Below are positions 1 to 14,162 of a stretch of 64,000 nt of DNA, piece by piece; position 1 is the first letter of the stretch, and each line of letters begins with the position of its first letter. The translations under genes and the position numbers were made by a program. Origin of the DNA: Eledone cirrhosa (lineage: Eukaryota); assembly GCA_964016885.1 (NCBI GenBank), contig OZ024751.1:45508001-45572000 (forward strand), written 5' to 3'. The notes under the pieces are model-generated. The model searched no databases. It worked only from the letters and a program-made list of their open reading frames with translations, and was not told where the DNA came from.

Positions 1-2148
1 TCGCAGCAAGGATGGCAAAGAACTTCTTCGTGACTCACAGGGAATTCTACGAAGGTGGCGGGAGCACTTTGATGATCTTTTGAATCAGCCGTCTGTCGTC
101 AGTGAAGATTTCCTCAATCTCATTCCGGAAAGTCCTGTGAAAGTAGCTCTCGCAGAGCCTCCGACACTTGTGGAGGTTGCAGTGGCTATTTCGAAGCTGA
201 ACAGTGGAAGATCTCCAGGTATGGATGGCATACATGCTGAGCTCCTACAATATGGTGGTGAGAGACTCCTGCAACATCTTCACTCTCTGTTTGGAAGGAT
301 ATGGGCTAATGAATCCGTGCCTGAGGACTGGAGAGATGCAGTAATGGTGGTCTTGTACAAGGGAAAGGGTAACAGGAATGATTGTGGGAACTACAGAGGT
401 ATATCATTGCTTTCTGTCGTGGGGAAAGTTTTATGTAGGGTGCTTCTGGACCGTCTGCTGACACACATTGCAGATTGTGTCCTTCCTGAAAGTCAATCTG
501 GTTTTCGTGTTGGACGCGGCACTACTGATATGATCTTCTCAGCTAGACAGCTCCAGGAGAAGTGCATTGAACAGGGCTTGGATCTGTATCAGGTTTTTGT
601 CGATCTGACAAAGGCTTTCGATACTGTCAACAGAGATGCATTATGGAAGGTTCTCCAGAAACTTGGTTGCCCTGATAAGTTCCTTGCTTTAGTTAGGTCT
701 TTCCATGACGACATGAAGGCTTGGGTTAATGTCGGAGGTAACATGTCGGAGCCTATCTCAGTAAAAAATGGAGTGAAACAGGGGGATATTCCAGCACCGA
801 CCCTGTTTGCCATATACTTTGCAATGGTTTTCTGTATTGCATTCAGGAATTGCGAGCATGGTGTTTACATCCGATATCGAACCTCAGGCAGCATATTTAA
901 CATCAGGCGCTTTGCTGCGAAGACAAAAGTGTTTACATCAGTCATAAGAGACCTCTTGTATGCAGATGATTGCGATCTTGTAGCGCACACAGAGAGTGAT
1001 ATGCAGCACATTTTGAATGTATTTTCTGACGCTTGCACTGCCCTGGGTTTGACTGTCAGTCTCAAGAAAACCGTCGTCATGTACCAACCTGCACCTGGTA
1101 GGCAGTACACTGAACCAAACATCTATGTGTATGGCAAACGACTTGGAGTGGTTGATCAGTTTGTCTACCTGGGAAGCACTGTCAATCGATACGGCAACCT
1201 TGACAGTGAAATCTCACTTAGGATTAGGAAAGCAAGTGATGCTTTCGGAAAGCTAGAAAGGCGACTCTGGGGTCGGCGAGACATATGCAGGAGGACAAAG
1301 GTAAGGGTGTACAGGGCATGTGTACTCTCTTGTCTTCTTTATGCCTGCGAGACCTGGGTCACATATCGACGCCACCTTAAGCAATTGGAGCGTTTCCATC
1401 AGATGTGTCTCAGACGGATACATGGCGTTCGCTGGAGGGACCACATCAGTGATGTCGAGATTTTGGAAAGCTCTATGTGTGACAGTATAGAAGCTCTTGT
1501 GCTTAAGCAGCGACTCCGTTGGAGTGGTCACCTTGCCAGGATGAAGGATTCTAGAATACCAAAACAACTCTTCTATGGAGAGTTGGTTAAAGGAAAACGA
1601 CCGCCACATAAACCAAAAAAGAGGTATAAGGATTCCTTGAAGGCCTCTCTGAAAGACGCTAACATCTCTGCTGATACATGGGAAAATATTGCTGCTGATC
1701 GTAATAAATGGAGAAAGACTGTATATGAGGGAAAAGTTGCCTTTGAGGCATCTCGAATCGCACACGAGAAAGTAAAGCGGGACGTGAGGAAGGGTATTGC
1801 TGTTGCACTTCCAGACGGCGAGGGTCCTCCTATGTTTCTGACATGCAGCGTCTGTGCGAGACTCTGCCTAAGCAAAGCTGGACTCGAAAGTCATCTTCGC
1901 AGTCATAAAGTAAGACCAGTGGTTGACTACCAGGCTGCTGTTGGAGATGCTACTCATCATGCTTGCCAAACATGTGGTAGAGAATGTAAATCAGCAGGAG
2001 GACTCAAGCGACATGCAAAAGTACACGAACTCCAACCACAGCCGACTATTCCCAGTAAATGTTTTGGTTGCCGACTCTGTGCAAGACATTTTGGATCATT
2101 GGCTGGGCTAAAAAGCCACATTCGATCGCAGCACTGTTAGTTGCTATC

Positions 2149-2188
<40 letters not shown>

Positions 2189-2267
2189 GCTTATGTGCGT
2201 GCGTGTGTGTGTATATATATATGAATGTGTATATTATTATTGTTGTTGTCGTTATTATTATTATTGC

Positions 2268-2363
<96 letters not shown>

Positions 2364-2400
2364 TGCAATGGCCATACTCGATAACGAGGGGGCAGCCATC
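1..2400 (+). mobile_element. RTE LINE copy 1 including 3' UTR with (GT)n, (ATT)n and poly-T, ending in a stem-loop before (TA)n
   Basis: The 3' UTR and terminus TGTGCAATGGCCATACTCGATAACGAGGGGGCAGCCATC are shared with the copy at 39086-40458. Confidence 0.88.
2..2140 (+). CDS. RTE-clade LINE ORF (RT domain + three C-terminal C2H2 zinc fingers), 5' part outside window
   Basis: Frame is open from base 2 ([23 protein letters not shown]...), so the TTG at 80 is not the true start. RT motifs [34 protein letters not shown]; RTE-type [24 protein letters not shown]; three CxxC-x12-H-x3/4-H fingers at about 1844-2137. Confidence 0.93.
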   Translation, partial: RSKDGKELLRDSQGILRRWREHFDDLLNQPSVVSEDFLNLIPESPVKVALAEPPTLVEVAVAISKLNSGRSPGMDGIHAELLQYGGERLLQHLHSLFGRIWANESVPEDWRDAVMVVLYKGKGNRNDCGNYRGISLLSVVGKVLCRVLLDRLLTHIADCVLPESQSGFRVGRGTTDMIFSARQLQEKCIEQGLDLYQVFVDLTKAFDTVNRDALWKVLQKLGCPDKFLALVRSFHDDMKAWVNVGGNMSEPISVKNGVKQGDIPAPTLFAIYFAMVFCIAFRNCEHGVYIRYRTSGSIFNIRRFAAKTKVFTSVIRDLLYADDCDLVAHTESDMQHILNVFSDACTALGLTVSLKKTVVMYQPAPGRQYTEPNIYVYGKRLGVVDQFVYLGSTVNRYGNLDSEISLRIRKASDAFGKLERRLWGRRDICRRTKVRVYRACVLSCLLYACETWVTYRRHLKQLERFHQMCLRRIHGVRWRDHISDVEILESSMCDSIEALVLKQRLRWSGHLARMKDSRIPKQLFYGELVKGKRPPHKPKKRYKDSLKASLKDANISADTWENIAADRNKWRKTVYEGKVAFEASRIAHEKVKRDVRKGIAVALPDGEGPPMFLTCSVCARLCLSKAGLESHLRSHKVRPVVDYQAAVGDATHHACQTCGRECKSAGGLKRHAKVHELQPQPTIPSKCFGCRLCARHFGSLAGLKSHIRSQHC

Positions 2401-3696
<1,296 letters not shown>

Positions 3697-3757
3697 AAAA
3701 TATTAAAAAAATAATGAATAAAACAATGAAACAGTTCCTTATATTAAACAAAAAAAG

Positions 3758-3912
3758 TTCATTATTTAACGATCGTTTCTAGGATATATATGTGTTAGAA
3801 TTGGCATGCATATTCAACAGATTTATGTACAAAATTATACAAAATTATACAAACTATCAAAATTAAATATACATACCAAACACATATATATGCCGTCTTC
3901 AGAAATAATGAA
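3758..3912 (-). ncRNA. Type-I hammerhead ribozyme in the PLE 3' pLTR
   Basis: Minus strand: TTCATTATTT-CTGAAGA-C...ATATATATGTGTT...AACACATATATAT...A-GAAA-CGATCG-TT-AAATAATGAA. It has a 10-bp stem I, a 13-bp stem II segment and a palindromic stem III. Confidence 0.8.
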
Positions 3913-4485
3913 ATATATTTATTGATAATAACAACAATTCAAAATTTCAGGTCTGTTTGGGAACAGAATTCAAATTGACCAATGAAAATACAAAAAAGTT
4001 TATGCAGTTAGGTGTGTGTATATACATGTAATTAACTTCGTTCACAGATATGCATAAAGATATGTGTTCACATGCATACGCATGCCAAAAAGATGTATGT
4101 AAATACAAAAATTCAAGGCTAATGTCTCTGTAAGTTTATAATCTACAGATAAAATGCGTATAGATACATAATTATAAAATAAATATATACACACATTCAT
4201 ATACTCACACATATTCGTACACTCACACACACACGCGCGTATACGCATAAACATACACATAACTACGAACATACATACACACATACACCCCCACACACAT
4301 ATATATGTGTATATACTATTATCATAAGCATATGGACATTAATACACGCACATAAAGGGGAGAGGTCAGTATTCAACGGTGTCAGCAGACTGCCTATTTA
4401 TAAATGTATCTATAAACTTAGAAATAAAAAGAAAAGAAAAAGAAAAAGAAAAAGAAAAAGAAAAAGAAAAAAGAAATATATCAAG

Positions 4486-4487
<2 letters not shown>

Positions 4488-4531
<44 letters not shown>

Positions 4532-4640
4532 CACATACACACACACACACACACATATACATATACACACATATATATATATACACATATATACACACAT
4601 ATATACATATATACACACACATATATATACACACATAGAT

Positions 4641-4683
<43 letters not shown>

Positions 4684-4982
4684 AACAAGTAAAATATAAA
4701 ATATACATCGATATACATACATATACACATACACATATATATACACACACATACACACACATACATATACATACATATACATACTCATATATACAAACAC
4801 ATACATACACATACATATACATACACATACCATATAAATACACATACACATACACACACGCATACATATAGAGACACGTATATATACACATACAAATACA
4901 TAGACATATACACACATACACACACATATATATATATACATTTATATATATATATATTTTTACACATATATACACATACACG

Positions 4983-5014
<32 letters not shown>

Positions 5015-5038
5015 CATTCACAACACACGTATTTATAT

Positions 5039-5117
<79 letters not shown>

Positions 5118-5222
5118 TACATATATATATATACATATATATATATACACAGACACATCTACACACATATATATGTATATAAACACACTCATATATATAC
5201 ACACAAACACATACATACCCAC

Positions 5223-5280
<58 letters not shown>

Positions 5281-5347
5281 GCATACACATACACACATAT
5301 ATATATATATATATATACATATATATACATATATATATATATATATG

Positions 5348-5423
<76 letters not shown>

Positions 5424-5974
5424 CATATACACACACATACACATATACACACACACATATACACACATATACACACACATACACATACACATATATAAAG
5501 ATATATATACACACACACAACATATAATAAATATATATATATATATATATACACATATATACATATATATATATATATATATACATATATATACACATAT
5601 ATACATATATATATATATATACACACACACATATACACACATACATACATACACACACGCATACATACACACACATACATAGTCATACATAGACATAGAT
5701 ATATACTCACACACACATACACACTTACATATACGCATATATACAAATACATACACATCCATATATGCGTATATACATACAAACACCACTACACGCTCAC
5801 ACAACTCAGACATACAAAGAAAAAGGTATATACATACATATATATACATATATAAATAGAGATACATATACGTATATAAATATATACACACGTACACACA
5901 TAAACACACATACATACACATACATACACACATACATATATATATACACACACACAAACACACACATATACATA

Positions 5975-6014
<40 letters not shown>

Positions 6015-6037
6015 CACACACATACATATACACACAC

Positions 6038-6072
<35 letters not shown>

Positions 6073-6294
6073 TACATACATACACATACACATACATATA
6101 TATAAAAAAATAATGAAATAAGATAAATAAAAAAAATAAATAAATTAATACACACAGTCAGACAAAAATGCACGCACATACATATACATATATATATATA
6201 CACACACACACATATATACACACACATATACATATATATACATATACATACACATACATATACATATAAATACATATACACACATCAACTACAA

Positions 6295-6355
<61 letters not shown>

Positions 6356-6380
6356 TATATATATATATATTATAATAATA

Positions 6381-6442
<62 letters not shown>

Positions 6443-6624
6443 TCACATATATATGCGCACATACGTACACATATACACATACATACATATACACATAGAC
6501 ATATACATGTGCATACATGTACATACACACATATACTCACATAGATACATAGATACACATATATATAGAGACATACATATACACACACATATATACACAC
6601 ACATATACACATATATATATATAT

Positions 6625-6661
<37 letters not shown>

Positions 6662-6760
6662 ATCATACACCCTTATTTGCATGCGCATATATGTATTTTT
6701 ATACTCACATATAAACACCCAAACATACATACCTACCTACATATACATACATACATCCAC
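4488..6760. repeat. (TA)n/(CA)n/(TACA)n compound microsatellite
   Basis: Directly visible. Confidence 0.95.
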
Positions 6761-7811
6761 GCTTACAAATACAAATAATAATAGTAGGGGGGGGGGGGAA
6801 GGGGATTATAGTAAATATATGTTTCAAGAAACATAGAATATTAATCTGCATTTAGATCATAATATGTGTTTACATAGTTTCAGTATTAGGAAATGTAAGA
6901 AAGAAGGCAAAACTATGCATTTCAATATAAGTATACCATTAATTATAGGTTAACTAAACTAAAGATAGTTAATAAGGTGTATACTACTTAGGTTTATAAT
7001 ATTTGAAGCAGAATTTTGAAGTTAAATAGTGGTAGAGTATTAATTATAGTATAACTAAATTAAAAATATTAACGTTATGGTATCAATATTAGGAAATGAA
7101 TTTAGTAATAGGGAAAAAACAAATAAAGTATTACATCGGTAGTAGAATATAAATTATAGGTTAACTAAATTAAAAATTATATATTAATTTCTATAGTATA
7201 TGTTAATTAGGTATATAATAATTAAAACAGATATTGTATTTTATCTATAGTAGAATATAATTATAGGTAAACAGAAATTAAAATTAATACATACACATAT
7301 ACATATACATATATATATACACATACATATATACACATACACATACATATTTTTTCAAAAATTGCAAAGAATATATTAACTAGGTATACATCCAAAACCT
7401 ATCTCATTCTATGATTACATGACACTCTGCAATCCATCTGTATTAGGATACTAATTTTAAGCCAATTAAATTAAATTTTTAGGTAGACCAAATTTAAAAC
7501 CAAATTATAAATATATTTCTAAAATGTACATTAATTAGGTCTATAATACTAAAAATTATTTCTCTGTCATTGAATACACGATATTTTGTTATATTTTATC
7601 TGTAAAGGAATTTTAATAAAAGGTTAAATAAATTAAAATTAATCTATAAATTAAATTACTAAGTATATATTAGTAATATTTAAAAGTTTTTCACAATTTA
7701 TGATTACACAATATTTTATAATCTCATCTGTAGTAGAATTTTAATTAAATTAAATTTATAGGTTAACTAACATTTAAATTAAATTATATATTAATTTCTA
7801 AAATAATGTTA

Positions 7812-10265
7812 TTAATTAGGTTTATAATATTTAAATGTTTTTCTTAGTTTATGATTACACGATATAATTAATTCCTGTCGTTTATTTAATAGGATTTCCT
7901 TAGATTTCATTATTTCAAATAGTTCTTGGGAACATAATCTACATTCATTTCTATTATTTTGATAAGGGGTGGCTCTTTTGAGCACACTCCAGGTCAAATC
8001 ATATTCTATATTCTTATTTTTATAACTATTGATTTTTTCTGCTAGAGATGTTGTATTAGCCACTGCGGCATTTTTAAAACTATGTTTGTGGGTATTAAAC
8101 CTTGTCTTAAAATTGTTAGAAGTAGCTCCTATATATGAGCAAATAGAATCTTTAGTTTTAACATTACATTTATAAACTATGTTGTTAACAAGACAATTTC
8201 CTTTTAATGGGCAGTTTGCTTTGTTTCTACAGTTACAACCTTTCGTTAATTCTGTATTTGAGGAGATATTATGGTTAGTTTGATGTATTGGTGGTATACT
8301 TATGGTTTTCTTACATTTATATGCATTATAGGCACTTATATTTTGTTTTATGTTATTTGTTGTTGAGTATGAGAATTTAACTGTAGACCTATTTAAGATT
8401 TGATGGTATTTGTGGTTTGGCGGGAAGTTTTTCTCTAGGATATAAAAAATTTTTTTAGCAATATTATCCTTAATTTGTAAATTAAATGGAGCATTATACC
8501 AAGTAACCCGTCTATTACGGTTTCTATGTTGTTTATTATTTTTATAGGTTGTATCGTGATGTTTACTAGGAGGATTAATGTTAATGATCTCACCACACAC
8601 ATTTTTAGTTATATTTGTAGATTTAGGTGTTTTATCTTGTTTATTAGGAGTTTTATTATTAACATTTATTAGAGTTGTATGATGAGTAGTTTTTTGAGAG
8701 TTACTATACTTTATATTAGAAGATTTGGTATTTTGGGGTATAGTGTGGGTGGCATTTAGGTGTGTACTTTTCATTTGGTGTTTGTTGGTAATATTAGGTT
8801 GTATGTTTTTAGTATTTTTAGTAGAAGGTATATATTCTAATCTATTTTTGTGGCCACTTCTATCTAGAGCTTCGTTATAGAAGGTCGCATTTTTATCAAA
8901 TACATCTTGGTTAGAAGAAAGGTTAGAAATTCTAAGTGATATATTATATGCAAGGTTTTTAAGGATAGATTTAGGGTGATTAGATTGTGAGTGTATGTAA
9001 TGTAAGTTTTGGTTGGGTTTATGGTAAGGTTGGTAGATACCCGTAGCTAAGTCTAAAGTTATATCTAGGAAATTTACTACTTTACTTGTTTTTTCAAAAG
9101 TAATATGAAGACTATAATAGTCTTTAAGGAAAGTTCTAATATGCTTTTTGTTTTTTTCTATTTCTGAAAGGCTAAGGTTGTTGGAAAGAAGAACACAGTC
9201 ATCACGATATAAACCACCTTTAAGGTGGGGAAAGGAGGCATTTATGTTGAAAAGGAGAAAGAGGCCCACAAGATCAGTAATTTGGGCGGAATCGCTTGAA
9301 CCCATAGTAATATCAAATAGATTACTATATGTGTTTCTGGTCCAGTATTCATTCTGAAATTCAATAAGTGTTAGTCTAGCATGTGTAATAATATTAATGT
9401 CATCCAAAGTTAAGTTAGATCTATTTTTAGCAAATATCAATGCTTTGTTCAGGAGTATAGGTGATATAGAAGAATAGTAATTATCTATATCAAATTGTAG
9501 AAATGAAGCAGAAGATTTACATCTAATATTTTTAAACCAGTTAATTACCTGGGAAGTGTTTTCCCAGAGTGGTAAAATAACGTGTTTTCTTATTTGTGGG
9601 ATGACTCTATCCAAAATTTTTTTGCTAATTATTCCAATATCAGATTTGGAGGGACATATAAGTCTTATAGAAGGATTTGAGTTAAAGTTTGATTTATGAT
9701 CCTTCAGGTTGAAGTGTGGTCTTTTCAATGCCAAAGGTTCAGTTCTATCTTCAATGTTTAGTTTTTTTACTATGTTGTGTGTTTTGTTGTTGATGTTGGT
9801 GAGTGACGCGTTATTAGATTTTTTATAATTTTTCCTGAGTTCTTTATATATGAACTCATTATAATCTTCAATATCCATGTGATACAAGTTACCAGTTTTG
9901 TCCGAGTGGACATGGATTTTTTTAGACTTTTTTAGGTCCAATAGGGTAGAATCAAGGTCCTTTTGAAAGACGGATTTATACTTTTTAAATTTGAGGCGTT
10001 TAATTAAATTAAAAAGGTCTTTCTCAAAGTCTTCAAGTAAAGAGTTGTGTGGTGGATTCTTGTAAGTATTGAAATCATACATATATTTCCTATCTGCATA
10101 TTTAGATTTTTTATCGAAGTGGTAGGCCCTCCATCTAACCCTTCTGATAAATTGGTTAGTTTTTTGAATCATAAGGAGTAAGAAGTCATCCTTAGAAGGT
10201 ATTGGTATGTTCTTTAAAGAGGTTCCCAAATATTGTTTTTCCATTGTGATATGGATGATAGACAA
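7812..10265 (-). CDS. Penelope-like RT + C-terminal GIY-YIG endonuclease (Naiad-like)
   Basis: N-terminal SLKNIPIP; RT motifs QFDIDNYYSSI, MGSSDSA, GLYRDD, FLDITLDL, SNHP; Cys motif CNCRxxxxCPLxGxC; NIVY...YIG...FKTRFNTH (GIY-YIG); terminal CxLC...LLNKRQE. ATG at residue 8 (MEKQY) is the likely start. Confidence 0.9.
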   Translation of the reverse strand: MSIIHITMEKQYLGTSLKNIPIPSKDDFLLLMIQKTNQFIRRVRWRAYHFDKKSKYADRKYMYDFNTYKNPPHNSLLEDFEKDLFNLIKRLKFKKYKSVFQKDLDSTLLDLKKSKKIHVHSDKTGNLYHMDIEDYNEFIYKELRKNYKKSNNASLTNINNKTHNIVKKLNIEDRTEPLALKRPHFNLKDHKSNFNSNPSIRLICPSKSDIGIISKKILDRVIPQIRKHVILPLWENTSQVINWFKNIRCKSSASFLQFDIDNYYSSISPILLNKALIFAKNRSNLTLDDINIITHARLTLIEFQNEYWTRNTYSNLFDITMGSSDSAQITDLVGLFLLFNINASFPHLKGGLYRDDCVLLSNNLSLSEIEKNKKHIRTFLKDYYSLHITFEKTSKVVNFLDITLDLATGIYQPYHKPNQNLHYIHSQSNHPKSILKNLAYNISLRISNLSSNQDVFDKNATFYNEALDRSGHKNRLEYIPSTKNTKNIQPNITNKHQMKSTHLNATHTIPQNTKSSNIKYSNSQKTTHHTTLINVNNKTPNKQDKTPKSTNITKNVCGEIININPPSKHHDTTYKNNKQHRNRNRRVTWYNAPFNLQIKDNIAKKIFYILEKNFPPNHKYHQILNRSTVKFSYSTTNNIKQNISAYNAYKCKKTISIPPIHQTNHNISSNTELTKGCNCRNKANCPLKGNCLVNNIVYKCNVKTKDSICSYIGATSNNFKTRFNTHKHSFKNAAVANTTSLAEKINSYKNKNIEYDLTWSVLKRATPYQNNRNECRLCSQELFEIMKSKEILLNKRQELIISCNHKLRKTFKYYKPN

Positions 10266-10834
10266 TTGAAAGAGCTCAACTAAATGTATATGGGTTTACA
10301 AAATCATACATATATATGGAATAAGCTTGGTCGATTGGATGTGTAGCTTGGAGATGAGGGAGTGGGTACAGGTAGAGCAGCGAATTTTCTGAATCGAAAG
10401 ATCACCACTCTGGTAGTAGGAAGGTGTGTTTAGAATGTATAAGGAAAGAATGACTAGAGAGATAATACGGGTAAATCCAACTGGCGTGAGACCGAAGGCT
10501 AGACGACAAATAAGATAAGATCGTTTCTGGATCTAGTTTGATAGTTTGTATAATTTTGTATAATTTTGTACATAGATCTGTTGAATATGCATGCCAATTC
10601 TAACACATATATATCCTAGAAACGATCGTTAAATAATGAACTTTTTTTGTTTAATATAAGGAACTGTTTCATTGTTTTATTCATTATTTTTTAAATATTT
10701 TATCTTGACTCTGTATTCCGTTTATCTTTCACCGAAAGTGATTTTTCATTGCATCTCTTCTTTCCATGATATCCGGATTACATTGAGTTCTTCATACGGA
10801 TTGGACACTACCGTAAACTCTTGGTAGATTTATC

Positions 10835-10873
<39 letters not shown>

Positions 10874-10925
10874 GTATATATATATGTATATATATATATA
10901 TGTATATATATATGTATATATTTTG

Positions 10926-10956
<31 letters not shown>

Positions 10957-11117
10957 GTATATGTATATATATATATGTATATATATATGTATATATATGT
11001 ATATATATATGTATATGTATATATATGTATATATATATATATGTATATGTATATATATGTATATATATATATGTGTATATATATATGTATATATATATAT
11101 ATATGTGTATATATATA

Positions 11118-11190
<73 letters not shown>

Positions 11191-11362
11191 GTATATAAAT
11201 AATTAATATATCTAGTAACATATATATACACAGATGCATACTTATGCTAGCAAATATATAGGTTTTGTCTTAGTAACTTTGTGGTTCAATGCATGGGGAT
11301 GCAGAACAATAATATGAGAGACGTAAAATAAGAAAATTATAAAATTAACTTACTAAAATTTC

Positions 11363-11444
11363 ACTCCAACTAATTAGTTTCTGAAAGGGAATAAACATAG
11401 TTTCCGAAGAAATGTACGGAGAAGCCTTTCGTCATCAGGGAAGT
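11363..11444 (-). ncRNA. Type-I hammerhead ribozyme (left arm)
   Basis: Reverse complement of the motif at 11631-11712. Confidence 0.72.
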
Positions 11445-11630
11445 CTATTCTCAGCTAAGTTTCCAGGCAATACGTGGACACAGGGAACTTATTTTGCCAC
11501 CGACGCAGTAGGCAGTGATTTTTTTCAATGGCTTGGAATTTAGTCCATGCTTTGCTTTTTCCATCCACTGAATTATTTTTCTATAAGTTCCCTGTGTCCA
11601 CGTATTGCCTGGAAACTTAGCTGAGAATAG

Positions 11631-11712
11631 ACTTCCCTGATGACGAAAGGCTTCTCCGTACGTTTCTTCGGAAACTATGTTTATTCCCTTTCAGAAACTA
11701 ATTAGTTGGAGT
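11631..11712 (+). ncRNA. Type-I hammerhead ribozyme (right arm)
   Basis: ACTTCC-CTGATGA-C-GAAAGG...CCTTTC-A-GAAA-CTAATTAG-TT-GGAGT. Confidence 0.75.
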
Positions 11713-11890
11713 GAAATTTTAGTAAGTAAGTTAATTTTATAATTTTCTTATTTTACGTCTCTCATATTATTGTTCTGCATCCCCATGCATTGAACCACAA
11801 AGTTACTAAGACAAAAATCTATATATTTGCTAGCATAAGTACGCATCTGTGTATATATATGTTACTAGATATATTAATTCTTTATATACA

Positions 11891-11924
<34 letters not shown>

Positions 11925-11967
11925 CACACATATATATATATATACACACATATATATATATATATAT

Positions 11968-12030
<63 letters not shown>

Positions 12031-12039
12031 TATATATAT

Positions 12040-12130
<91 letters not shown>

Positions 12131-12131
<1 letters not shown>

Positions 12132-12363
12132 GGACATGCTCACCGACATCCAGAGTTGACATTGCACTCAGTGCTCCTTTGGGAGCCCCTACATGGATAC
12201 ACTAGAAGAGGAAGACCAAGGTTAACGTATGTTGATGCCCTAAGGACAGACACTGGTCTGTTGGAGACGCAGGACATGGCAGCGATAATGAGGGACAGAG
12301 ACCGCTGGAGAGAACTCGTCCATGGATCTCGGGAATTTTACCCGCCTTAGATAGATAGATAGA
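12131..12363 (+). mobile_element. 3' end of a second RTE-like LINE family with a (TAGA)n tail
   Basis: Translates GH..RHPE...[24 protein letters not shown]......M.DRDRWR*, a typical RTE C-terminus. Confidence 0.8.
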
Positions 12364-12371
12364 TTTATATG

Positions 12372-12420
<49 letters not shown>

Positions 12421-12467
12421 GTATATATATATGTATATATATATGTATATATATATATATGTATATA

Positions 12468-12667
<200 letters not shown>

Positions 12668-12668
12668 C

Positions 12669-13229
12669 ACGTACATACATATATATATGTATACAGACGT
12701 ACAGTAGTATGTATATATATATATACATACATACATACAGACATATATATATGTATACGTATATATATGTATGTACGTGTACATACTTATATTTAAGTAA
12801 CAGCCGTACTAAGAGTGGGAAATGAAATTTCGCTTCATTTTTTCCGTTTATCGTTTTCGGTGCACCCGGCCGATTAACCCACTCAATATGCAAATTGGGC
12901 TACTCAGCCGTTAATATGCATAAGGTAAGTATATACGTTCAACAATCTGGCAGGAAGGTATACGTTGCTCACGATAGCTAATAAGCTTGAAACTAGTACA
13001 ACGTTCTTTTGTCAGTGTTGAATAAACGAGCAACGATGGTTGCTGGACGCTATGGTTTAATACGGGATGTTTGTTTACAAACACACCGAGCATTATAATA
13101 AATGTTCGGTGAATCCATACGTACATATATATATATGTGTGCATGTATGTATATATATATATACATACTACTGTACGTCTGTATACATATATGTATGTAC
13201 GTGTACATACTTATATTTAAGTAACAGCC

Positions 13230-13231
<2 letters not shown>
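12669..13231 (+). mobile_element. Non-autonomous ~420-bp hammerhead-containing unit (retrozyme or pLTR-like), copy 1
   Basis: Homologous to 20300-20820. Direct terminal redundancy ...ACTTATATTTAAGTAACAGCCGT ends at 12808 and 13231. A short inverted segment lies at 12669-12735. Confidence 0.7.
12962..13004 (+). ncRNA. Minimal hammerhead with mutated core (CUCACGA)
   Basis: ACGTTG-CTCACGA-TAGCTAATAAGCTT-GAAA-CTAG-TA-CAACGT; the paralog at 20500-20542 has intact CTGACGA. Confidence 0.65.
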
Positions 13232-13278
<47 letters not shown>

Positions 13279-13417
13279 GATATATATGTATATATATATA
13301 TATATATATAAAGGACGTAAAATAAGAAAATATTTTTAAAAAAAAAATTCGAATTATTATTATTTTTATATGAGCCGCCAGTGTCCGCGCATTGCCTGGA
13401 GACTTAACTGAGAATAG

Positions 13418-13499
13418 ACTCCCTGATGACGCAATGAATTCTCGACAGTTGGATTACGTAACTGTCTTTATCCCATTGCAGAAACTAATTAGTTGGAGT
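13418..13499 (+). ncRNA. Type-I hammerhead ribozyme
   Basis: ACTCC-CTGATGA-C-GCAATG...GACAGTT/AACTGTC...CATTGC-A-GAAA-CTAATTAG-TT-GGAGT. Stem II covaries relative to the 11631 copy. Flanked by an inverted repeat at 13307-13337 / 13530-13560. Confidence 0.8.
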
Positions 13500-13674
13500 G
13501 AAAATTTAAGTAAGTAAAAAATTAAAAAAAAAAATATTTTCTTATTTTACGTCCTTTATATTATTGTTCTGCATTCTCCTGCATTGAACCACCTAGGTAC
13601 TATGACATAACCTGTGTATTTGCTGGCATGGGCGTGCATCTGTGCGCTTATGTTAGTTGATATATTAAATTATC

Positions 13675-13709
<35 letters not shown>

Positions 13710-13806
13710 GTATATATATGTATGTATATATATATGTATATATATATGTATGTATATATATATGTATATATATATGTATATATATATATATATGTATGTA
13801 TATATG

Positions 13807-13862
<56 letters not shown>

Positions 13863-14162
13863 TGTATGTATATATATATGTATATATATATATATGTATG
13901 TATATATATATATGTATATATATATATGTATATATATATATGTATGTATGTATGTATATATGTATGTATGTATATATGTATGTATATATATATGTATATA
14001 TGTATGTATGTATATATGTATGTATATATATATGTATGTATATATATATGTATGTATATGTGTATGTATGTATGTATATATGTATGTATGTATGTATGTA
14101 TATATGTATGCATATATGTATGTATATATGTATGCATATATGTATGTATATATGTATGTATA

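Larger units (their letters stand above)
3697..10836 (-). mobile_element. Penelope-like element (Naiad-type) with long microsatellite-filled 3' region, 3' hammerhead and upstream inverted pLTR copy
   Basis: Intact ORF at 7812-10265. 3697-3861 is the reverse complement of 10537-10701. A hammerhead at 3758-3912 is in the same sense as the ORF. Outer boundaries are approximate. Confidence 0.75.
11191..11890. repeat. ~300-bp inverted repeat (11191-11492 / 11583-11890) of a PLE pLTR or retrozyme-like unit
   Basis: Arms are near-perfect reverse complements around a 90-bp spacer, with (TA)n on both outer sides. Homologous to about 13380-13670. Confidence 0.88.

Noticed and set aside
7812-10265. Selenoprotein-type Naiad
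   Set aside because: No in-frame TGA in the ORF and no SECIS that I could identify.
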